64,000 nt of DNA from Solirubrobacterales bacterium (GTDB lineage Bacteria > Actinomycetota > Thermoleophilia > Solirubrobacterales > 70-9), in assembly GCA_035759925.1 (NCBI GenBank), contig DASTTY010000043.1, positions 9,389-73,388 of the forward strand, read 5' to 3'. The notes under the pieces were generated by a model. It was not told the origin of the DNA and did not search any database. It worked only from the letters and a program-made list of their open reading frames with translations. The translations under genes were made by a program, and so were the position numbers. Shown here one piece after another: positions 57,286 through 64,000 of this stretch (position 1 is the first letter of the stretch; each line of letters opens with the position of its first letter).

Positions 57286-58407
57286 TCAGCGGGACCCGGC
57301 GGCGGCCTCGAGCGCCGCCGCCAGCTCGGCCTCGCGGCCGCCGTCGATGTCGCCGTCGAGCTTTCGCTCGAGCGCCGCGGCAAGCCCGGTGCCGACGGCG
57401 GGACCGCGAGGGACCCCGGCGGCGAGCAGGTCGTCGCCGTCGATCTCGAGGCCGACCCGGCTCCACTCGCGCACGTAGCGCTCGATCCAGCTCCCACCGG
57501 CTGCCTCGGCGACGAGCAGGACGGCGGGCTCGGCACGGCCGGCCAGTGCCACCGCCTGCGACGGCCGCTGCGGCCGCGCCGCCGCGAGCCGGTGCGCCTC
57601 GTCGAGCTCTGGCCCGCTGCCGGCGGCGATCAGCATCGCTCGGATCGCCGTTTCGGCGTGCCCGCTCCAGTGCGGGCTCATCCGCTTCGACTCGACGGCC
57701 GGGAGAAGCTCGGCGGCGCCGTCGGGAAGCGGTCGCACCCCCCACTCGTCGAGGAGCGCGAAGCCGGCTGACGCGACGTGCTCGGCGGCGAGGCGGCGGA
57801 GCTCGGCGTCGCGCCGCTCGGCGCTGACCGTCCCGAGGTCGGCGGAGGCGAGCAGGCGCCGGGTCGGCGAGTCCGGCTCGAGGCCGAGGCGGGCGCCGTA
57901 GCGGGCAGCACGGATCGCCCGGGTCGGGTCGTCGGCGAACGAGCCCGGATGGAGGACGCGAAGGAGCCCGGCCGCCAGGTCGGCGATGCCGCCGAACGGG
58001 TCGAGGACCTGATGCGGAGGCGTCAACGCGACCGCGATCGCGTTGACGGTGAAATCACGGCGGCCGAGGTCCTCTCCGATCGCGGCCGGCGCGACGTCGG
58101 GCAGCGCCCCGGGGTGCGCGTAGCTCTCGGTGCGGGTCCGGGCGATGTCGGCGTGACGGCCGTCGCCGAGCGCGACGACGGCGGTTTCGAAGCGGTCGTG
58201 GCGCCGGGCGGGCAGCCCGAGGGCGGCGAGGACCGGTTCGAGGTCGCCCTCGACGGCGATGTCGACGTCGGCGTCGGGACGTGATCCCGAGACGAGCGCC
58301 CTGGCGACCCCGCCGACGATCCAGGCCTCGTGACCGGCGAGGACGTCGCCGACCCGTCCGAGGTCGAGCCGCTCGATGCCGGCGGCGAGCTCGTTGCCGG
58401 TCGTCAT
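57286..58407 (-). CDS. CCA-adding enzyme / poly(A) polymerase-family nucleotidyltransferase (head and neck only)
   Basis: 373 aa. Motifs IVGGVARALV...DVDIAV, RDFTVNA and DPTRAIRAARY. No HD domain. Confidence 0.7.
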   Translation of the reverse strand: MTTGNELAAGIERLDLGRVGDVLAGHEAWIVGGVARALVSGSRPDADVDIAVEGDLEPVLAALGLPARRHDRFETAVVALGDGRHADIARTRTESYAHPGALPDVAPAAIGEDLGRRDFTVNAIAVALTPPHQVLDPFGGIADLAAGLLRVLHPGSFADDPTRAIRAARYGARLGLEPDSPTRRLLASADLGTVSAERRDAELRRLAAEHVASAGFALLDEWGVRPLPDGAAELLPAVESKRMSPHWSGHAETAIRAMLIAAGSGPELDEAHRLAAARPQRPSQAVALAGRAEPAVLLVAEAAGGSWIERYVREWSRVGLEIDGDDLLAAGVPRGPAVGTGLAAALERKLDGDIDGGREAELAAALEAAAGSR

Positions 58408-58433
58408 GCCTCCGTAGGATGCTGCGTTCGCCG

Positions 58434-59897
58434 ATGAAGCGGATCCTGACCACCTGGCGGCAGATGACCGGTGCCGAGCGGACCGTCGCGTGTGCGGCGA
58501 CGCTTGCCCTCGCCGTGACCGTCGTTGCGGCCCCGTTCGCGCTGTTGAAGCGTCCCGACGACGTCTCCAACCCCGACGCCGCCTTCGCCCGCAAGGAGGG
58601 CGCCGGCAAGGAGAAGCAGCCGAAGCCGGCCAAGACCGTCAACTGGACGCGCTACGGCTACGACGTCGGGCGCAGCAAGTTCCTCGACTCGCCGCGGGTC
58701 CGGCCCCCCTTCCGGAAGGCTTGGAAGTGGAAGGGCAAGGAGCTGATCGAGTTTCCGCCGATCGTCGTCGACGGCCGCCTCTACTTCATCGACAACGACG
58801 GCGTCTATGTCTGCCTCTCGGCGAAGACCGGGAAGGTGATCTGGAAGAAGCAGCTCGCTTCCCTGAACGCCTCGTCGCCGGCGTACTTCAAGGGCGTCCT
58901 CTACAGCGTCAGCCTCTCGCCGGGCCAGGCGCTCGCGGTTCGCGCCCGCGACGGCAAGGTCCTCTGGCGCAAGCCGCTCGACGGCCGCGCCGAGTCCTCG
59001 CCGCTGGTCCAGAAGGGGCGGATGTACTTCGGCAACGAAGCGGGGCAGCTCCTCGCGCTCGACATCAAGGACGGATCGACGGTTTGGGAGACGGGCCTCG
59101 GCGGATCCGTGAAGGCCGCACCGGCGTTCGCCGACGGCAACCTCTACGTCGGCGACTACGGCGGCAAGATGAACGCCGTCCGCGCCAGGGACGGCAAGCT
59201 CGTCTGGCAGACCTCGGACCTCGGACTCGGCATCGCCGGCTCCGGTCGCTTCTACTCGACGGCAGCGGTCGCGTTCGGCCGCGTCTACGCCGGCGACGTC
59301 GACAACCGCGTCTACAGCTTCGATGCCGACAACGGCGAGATCGCCTGGACCTACTCGGCCGGCGACTACGTCTACTCCGGGATCGCCGCGGCGGACACGA
59401 AGGGCACCGGCCCGACCGTCTACTTCGGCTCCCACGACCGCAACGTCTACGCGCTCGACGCGAAGAGCGGCAAGCTCAAGTGGTCGGAGGGCGCCGGCGG
59501 GCAGATCAGCGGCCCCGCCACGGTCGTCGGCGATGTCGTCTACGTCTCGACGTTCAGCGGCAACTCGACGATCGGCCTCGACCTCGGGACCGGCCGCCGG
59601 GTCTTCAGCTACGACGACGGTGAGTACGGGCCGGTCGTCTCCGACGGCCAGACCCTCTACCTGACCGGCGGTGCCTCGATCGTCGCCTTCGAGCCGTTCG
59701 ACGTCGGCAACTACGACTACAAGACCAAGAAGGGCCAGAAGGGCATCGTCCCGCCAGATCAGCAGCGCAAGGCCAAGCAGCACGCCCGCGAGCGGGCGCA
59801 GCGTCAGCAGCAGGGACAGGCCGCAAACGGCGCCCAGGAGGGTCAGCCCGAGGGCGGCGGCAAACCGCGGGGCGGCGGCAAAGCCGGGAAACGCTGA
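58434..59897 (+). CDS. secreted PQQ-like beta-propeller repeat protein
   Basis: ATG 58434 (alternative at 58419) inside ORF 58281..59897. Signal/TM AATLALAVTVVAAPF. Repeated DG-x-hydrophobic-YxxxxxGxhxAhDxxxGxxhW blades. Lys/Gln/Gly-rich tail. Confidence 0.75.
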   Translation: MKRILTTWRQMTGAERTVACAATLALAVTVVAAPFALLKRPDDVSNPDAAFARKEGAGKEKQPKPAKTVNWTRYGYDVGRSKFLDSPRVRPPFRKAWKWKGKELIEFPPIVVDGRLYFIDNDGVYVCLSAKTGKVIWKKQLASLNASSPAYFKGVLYSVSLSPGQALAVRARDGKVLWRKPLDGRAESSPLVQKGRMYFGNEAGQLLALDIKDGSTVWETGLGGSVKAAPAFADGNLYVGDYGGKMNAVRARDGKLVWQTSDLGLGIAGSGRFYSTAAVAFGRVYAGDVDNRVYSFDADNGEIAWTYSAGDYVYSGIAAADTKGTGPTVYFGSHDRNVYALDAKSGKLKWSEGAGGQISGPATVVGDVVYVSTFSGNSTIGLDLGTGRRVFSYDDGEYGPVVSDGQTLYLTGGASIVAFEPFDVGNYDYKTKKGQKGIVPPDQQRKAKQHARERAQRQQQGQAANGAQEGQPEGGGKPRGGGKAGKR

Positions 59898-59905
59898 CCC
59901 CCGGC

Positions 59906-60670
59906 TCAGCGCACGTCGATGCCGGCCGCACGCATCGCCCGCTTCGCCTCGGCGATCGAGTAGCGCCCGTAGTGGAAGATCGAGGCGGCCAGGACGGCGT
60001 CCGCGCCGCCCGCGAGGATGCCGGCGGCGAGGTGATCGAGGGTTCCGACCCCGCCCGAGGCGATGACCGGGATCGGCACCGCAGCCGTGACCGCGGCGGT
60101 GAGCTCGAGGTCGTAGCCGTCCTCGGTGCCGTCGCGGTCCATGCTCGTCAGCAGGATCTCCCCCGCCCCCCGCTCGGCGGCCTCGACCGCCCAGGAGGCC
60201 GCGTCGCGGTCAGCGACCCGGGTGCGGCCGCCGGCGACGTAGACGTCCCAGGCCGGCTCGGGGCCGGGGATCCGGCGAGCGTCGATCGCGACGACGACGC
60301 ATTGCGAGCCGAACACCTCGGCGAGCTCGCCGATCAGCTCCGGGCGCCCGAGCGCGGCGGAGTTGACGCCGACCTTGTCGGCGCCGGCGTCGAGGACGGC
60401 CTGGGCATCGGCGACCGAGCGGATCCCGCCGCCGATCGTGAACGGGATGAACACCTCGTCGGCTGTCCGGCGAGCGAGCTGGACGATCGTGTCGCGGTCC
60501 TCGTGCGAGGCGGTGATGTCGAGGAAGACGAGCTCGTCGGCCCCCTCGGCGTCGTAGCGGGAGGCAAGCTCGACCGGGTCGCCGGCATCGCGGATGTCGA
60601 CGAAGTTCGTGCCCTTGACGACGCGGCCGTCGTCGACGTCGAGGCAGGGGATCAGGCGCTTCAGGGACAC
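59906..60670 (-). CDS. hisF: imidazole glycerol phosphate synthase cyclase subunit
   Basis: 254 aa. Motifs [22 protein letters not shown] and IASGGVG. Confidence 0.95.
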   Translation of the reverse strand: MSLKRLIPCLDVDDGRVVKGTNFVDIRDAGDPVELASRYDAEGADELVFLDITASHEDRDTIVQLARRTADEVFIPFTIGGGIRSVADAQAVLDAGADKVGVNSAALGRPELIGELAEVFGSQCVVVAIDARRIPGPEPAWDVYVAGGRTRVADRDAASWAVEAAERGAGEILLTSMDRDGTEDGYDLELTAAVTAAVPIPVIASGGVGTLDHLAAGILAGGADAVLAASIFHYGRYSIAEAKRAMRAAGIDVR

Positions 60671-60691
60671 GTCGGCAGCGTAGGGAGGTGT

Positions 60692-60958
60692 CTAGCCCTT
60701 GCGCCCGCGGAACGGCATCGCGGCGCTCTTCGCGAACAGGCCGGGCTCGAGCTTGGTGACGAGCGCCTTGATCCGCGACCGCTCGCGGGAGCTGAGGTTG
60801 CCCGGGCGGCCCTTCGACTTGACGAGCAGCTCGCGGAGCTCCGTCGCCTCGCCGGGCCCGAGCTTGTCGAGATGGCGCTTGGCGAGGAGCGCGACCTCGG
60901 CGGCGAGCATGATCCGTCCCCAGACGCTCCACTTGCCTGCCGTGCTCAGCAGTCCCAT
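60692..60958 (-). CDS. hypothetical 88-aa protein between hisA and hisF
   Basis: ATG directly abuts the hisA stop (TGAATG). Third-position GC looks typical of the neighbours. One hydrophobic N-terminal segment, then a basic helical region. No motif recognised. Confidence 0.5.
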   Translation of the reverse strand: MGLLSTAGKWSVWGRIMLAAEVALLAKRHLDKLGPGEATELRELLVKSKGRPGNLSSRERSRIKALVTKLEPGLFAKSAAMPFRGRKG

Positions 60959-61723
60959 TCAGTCCTTCCTCTCGGCGCCGTCCCGGAGCGCGTCGATCGC
61001 CTCCGCCACGCTGAATCGTCGCTCATAGAGCGCTCGGCCGACGATCACGCCGCCGAGCGCCCCGGTAGCGGCCCGCCGCCGCGCGGCGAGGTCGGCGAGC
61101 GAGCCGACGCCGCCGGAGTAGATCAGCTCCGCCCCGGCCGCCTCGCAGGCGCCGAGGACGGGGCCGAGCCGGTCGAGCCCGGGGCCGGCGAGCGTCCCGT
61201 CGACCTCGACCGGGGTGAAGACGAACCGGCGGATCCCACGGGCACCGAGGTCGGCGATCGCATCCTCGACGGCGGTGTCGGTCGCCTCCTCCCAGCCGGC
61301 GACGGCGACGCGGCCCGCCCGGGCGTCGACCGATGCGACGATCCGCTCGCCGTAGGCGCCGGCGAGCTCGCCGGCAAGGCCGGGATCGCGCTGGGCGGCG
61401 GTGCCGAGGACGGCCCGCTCGGCCCCCGCGGCAAAGGCGGCCTCGACGCCGGCGCGATCGCGGAGGCCGCCACCGAGCTGGACCGGGACGTCGACCGCGG
61501 CCGCGATCCGGGCGACGACCGCGAGGTTGGCGGGGACCCCCTCCCGGGCCCCGTCGAGGTCGACGACGTGGACGATCGTCGCCCCGCCATCGACCCAGCG
61601 CCGGGCGGCGTCGACGGGATCGGCGTCGTAGGCGGTCTCGCGTTCGTAGTCGCCTCGGAGCAGCCGAACGGCTCGCCCGTCGCGGATGTCGATCGCCGGA
61701 TAGAGCCGGATCGCCGCGCTCAT
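60959..61723 (-). CDS. hisA: ProFAR isomerase HisA (possibly PriA-type bifunctional)
   Basis: 254 aa. Motifs LYPAIDIRDG, VHVVDLDGA, SVDAR and YSGGVGSLADL. Confidence 0.9.
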   Translation of the reverse strand: MSAAIRLYPAIDIRDGRAVRLLRGDYERETAYDADPVDAARRWVDGGATIVHVVDLDGAREGVPANLAVVARIAAAVDVPVQLGGGLRDRAGVEAAFAAGAERAVLGTAAQRDPGLAGELAGAYGERIVASVDARAGRVAVAGWEEATDTAVEDAIADLGARGIRRFVFTPVEVDGTLAGPGLDRLGPVLGACEAAGAELIYSGGVGSLADLAARRRAATGALGGVIVGRALYERRFSVAEAIDALRDGAERKD

Positions 61724-62355
61724 GCCGGGGCGCCGGACGCCACCGCCGCGAAGTTGCGGAGCATCCGCAATCCCGCCGCGCTCGACTTCTCGGGATGGAA
61801 CTGCGTGCCGAGCACGTTGCCACGGCCGGCGATCGCGGCGAAGCGCCCGCCATAGGTCGCGGAGGCGATCAGCTCCTCCGGGCGCGGCCGGGCGGCGAGC
61901 GAATGGACGAAATAGAACGGCTCGCCCTCCTCGATCCCGTCGGTCAGCGGCGAGTCCGACTCGAGATGAAGGTGGGCCCAGCCGATGTGCGGCAGCTTCA
62001 GCCCCGGCGCACGCAGCGGCTCGACCGCGCCCGGGAGCAGGCCGAGGCCGGCGGCCCCGCCGTGCTCGGTCGAGGACTCGAAGAGCAGCTGCATCCCCAG
62101 GCAGATCCCGAGCACCGGCACGCCCGCCGCAGCCCGCTCACGAATCGGCGCGGCCAGCCCGCGCCGCTCGATCTCGCTCATCGCCTCCGGGAAGGCGCCG
62201 ACGCCGGGCAGGACGAGCGCCGCCGCCGTGCCGAGCTCGGCTGGGTCGGAGCTGACGGTTGCGCGGACGCCGACGTGTTCGAAGGCCTTCGCGACCGACC
62301 GCAGGTTGCCCATGCCGTAGTCGGCGATCTTCAGCTCCGGCAGCTCGGCGCTCAC
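61720..62355 (-). CDS. hisH: imidazole glycerol phosphate synthase glutaminase subunit
   Basis: 211 aa. Motifs GICLGMQLL and QFHPEKS. Stop overlaps the hisA start. Confidence 0.9.
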   Translation of the reverse strand: MSAELPELKIADYGMGNLRSVAKAFEHVGVRATVSSDPAELGTAAALVLPGVGAFPEAMSEIERRGLAAPIRERAAAGVPVLGICLGMQLLFESSTEHGGAAGLGLLPGAVEPLRAPGLKLPHIGWAHLHLESDSPLTDGIEEGEPFYFVHSLAARPRPEELIASATYGGRFAAIAGRGNVLGTQFHPEKSSAAGLRMLRNFAAVASGAPA

Positions 62356-62398
62356 CGGCCGGATCTTATGAGCCGCTGCAGGCCGCGGGCGCCGCGGG

Positions 62399-63517
62399 TC
62401 AGCGGCTCTTCTTGATCGCCTTCTTGACCGCCCGGAGTGCGGGCTTCGGCTTCGACTTCTTCGTCACGAGCCCCGACCACGGGCACCAGTTGCAGGCGAG
62501 CTGGCCGGACGGGAAGTCACGCCAGGAATAGACCCAGGCGCCATCGACGTTCCAGGCCTTCCGCTTCTTCGTCAGCAGATGGAGCCCGGCGCGGAGCCGG
62601 TTCGCCTGCCCCTTCTTGCCGACCACCGACTCGCTTCGCTTCGGCCCGTTCGAGGCCCAGCCGAGCTCTCCGACGATGAGCCCGACCTTGCGGTCCCCGG
62701 CCTTGCGGGCGACCGACCGGAGGTCGTTCACCTGCTTCTTGACATCGCTGACGCCGGAGCCGTACGGGTGGGCGTTGATCGCGTCGAAGTGCTTGGCGAT
62801 CCCCTTGACCCTGTAGAGCTTCTTGAGGAACTTCGCGGCCTTCATCGACTTCGGGTCGCGCGGGAAGCCGTACATGCCGCCGAGCGCGATCCTGGCCTTC
62901 GGGTCGACCTTCGAGATGCCTTGATCGAATGCCTTGACGAGCTTGCCGTAGGCGCGCGGATCGGGCTTCGGGACCCAGTTGTTCTTCGAGTTCTGCTCGT
63001 TCCAGGCGACCCAGGTCTTGACCGGTAGGCGATCGATCCCCGGAGTCGCGTCGAAGAAGTCCCCGTTCGGGCTGTAGCGCCGGGCCAGCGCCTCGGCGAA
63101 CTTCCGCCAGGCACTCAGGTCGGCCTTGCTCTCGGGCCCGTAGAGCCCCTTCCCCGTCGGCTTGTGGACGAACTTCGGGGTCCCGTAGACGACCAGCGCC
63201 GGCCGCATTCCGTTCTTGGCCGAGTAGTAGACGCCGCGATCGGGCTGGCTCCAATCGTAGGAGCCGCCGCGAGTCTTCTGGACCGCCGCCCAGTTGACCG
63301 GGACCCGATTGGTCCCGAAGCCGGCGTCGCCCATCCCTCGGAAGTCCTTGCGGGCCGGGTTCTCGGCGAAGATCCCGAAGAAGTCGCGGGGTGCCTTCGC
63401 AGCGCTCGTCTGGGCGGCGAATGCCGCCGCGAGCAGGAGGGTGGCGAGGACGGCCGCTGCTGCGGCCCGGACACGGTTTAGGCCGGCGGTTGCCGGTGCG
63501 TTTCTGGGTGCGCTCAT
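62399..63517 (-). CDS. secreted TIM-barrel glycoside-hydrolase-like protein (clan GH-A-like NE / E motifs)
   Basis: 372 aa. Signal peptide ...LLLAAAFAAQTSAA. Motifs VAWNEQNS and IVGELGW match acid/base and nucleophile contexts. About 40 Lys by hand count. C-terminal CNWCPW and a Lys-rich tail. Confidence 0.55.
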   Translation of the reverse strand: MSAPRNAPATAGLNRVRAAAAAVLATLLLAAAFAAQTSAAKAPRDFFGIFAENPARKDFRGMGDAGFGTNRVPVNWAAVQKTRGGSYDWSQPDRGVYYSAKNGMRPALVVYGTPKFVHKPTGKGLYGPESKADLSAWRKFAEALARRYSPNGDFFDATPGIDRLPVKTWVAWNEQNSKNNWVPKPDPRAYGKLVKAFDQGISKVDPKARIALGGMYGFPRDPKSMKAAKFLKKLYRVKGIAKHFDAINAHPYGSGVSDVKKQVNDLRSVARKAGDRKVGLIVGELGWASNGPKRSESVVGKKGQANRLRAGLHLLTKKRKAWNVDGAWVYSWRDFPSGQLACNWCPWSGLVTKKSKPKPALRAVKKAIKKSR

Positions 63518-63587
63518 CTAACCCAACTAAGCACATCCGCCCGCTCCGAGTTGCGGTGCGCACACCAGACCACCGGGGCGGCGCGGC

Positions 63588-64000
63588 TCAGGAGCTCAGG
63601 GTGCCCTTCGTGGACGGCACGCCCGTCTCACCGGGGTCGATGGCCACGGCGATCCGCAGCGCCCGCGCGAACGCCTTGAAGCAGGCCTCGATCATGTGAT
63701 GGGCATTGGCCCCGTAGGGATTCGACAGGTGCAGGGTGAGCTTCGCGCTGCTCGCGACCGCGCGGAAGAACTCGCCGGTCAGCTCGGCCTCGAAGCCGGC
63801 GATCGTCACCGGCGGCAGCTCCGAGTGGAAGTGGCAGTAGGGACGGCCGGAGATGTCGATCGAGCAGCGCGCCAGGGCCTCGTCCATCGGCAGCTCGACG
63901 TGGGCGTAGCGGGTGATCCCGGCCCTGTCGCCGAGCGCCTCATCGAGCGCCTGCCCGAGGACGATGCCGACGTCTTCGACGGTGTGATGGGACCCGGTCT
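63588..64000 (-). CDS. hisB: imidazoleglycerol-phosphate dehydratase (5' end beyond window)
   Basis: The reading frame is open to the window edge. Motifs [15 protein letters not shown], ...[23 protein letters not shown] and C-terminal VPSTKGTL. Confidence 0.85.
   Translation of the reverse strand, partial: TGSHHTVEDVGIVLGQALDEALGDRAGITRYAHVELPMDEALARCSIDISGRPYCHFHSELPPVTIAGFEAELTGEFFRAVASSAKLTLHLSNPYGANAHHMIEACFKAFARALRIAVAIDPGETGVPSTKGTLSS

Overview
This is a 64-kb, very GC-rich chromosomal segment (by eye about 70% or more, not computed). It carries the conserved Actinomycetota-type housekeeping backbone in compressed form. The order is hflX, dapL-dapF, miaA-miaB, rny-recX-recA, cinA, ftsK, rnj-dapA-dapB-pepR-pnp, rpsO-ribF-truB-nrnA-rbfA-infB-nusA-rimP, cdsA-uppS-frr-pyrH-tsf-rpsB and lspA-rluD. 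It ends with the dcw-distal genes (pgeF-yggS-sepF-proC-yggT) and hisB/H/A/F. The recA-rny adjacency and the presence of RNase Y suggest a deep-branching high-GC lineage such as Thermoleophilia or Rubrobacteria, but this is only a guess. I call 65 CDS (hisB is cut by the window edge), one candidate sRNA, a few terminators and promoters, and a two-copy intergenic element. I recognised no rRNA, tRNA, CRISPR array, transposase or integrase. Many long ORFs in the track are antisense or out-of-frame GC artefacts, and several real genes start at internal ATG/GTG/TTG codons, often with 1-8-nt start/stop overlaps (4-nt ATGA/GTGA/TTGA in most cases). The observations most worth a second look are:
1. A DapF homolog keeps every substrate-binding motif but has Ser (TCG) at both catalytic Cys positions.
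2. A tightly coupled cassette reads methyltransferase, lipid kinase, MurT, methyltransferase, GatD.
3. A roughly 50-nt intergenic element occurs twice (29.4 kb and 52.8 kb) with identical arms and a compensatory-mutated central hairpin.
4. A 6C-like sRNA candidate lies between convergent genes.
5. A promoter followed by a strong intrinsic terminator sits in the rimP-nusA-infB leader, and NusA itself carries a 200-aa Cys-cluster and acidic extension.
6. Several accessory insertions interrupt otherwise conserved operons: an M4 protease island in cinA-thpR-recA, ahpE-dsbA in rpsO-pnp, an amidase in dapB-dapA, and a GH-like gene and an 88-aa ORF in the his operon.
All functional calls rest on motif recognition by eye, because no database search was possible.
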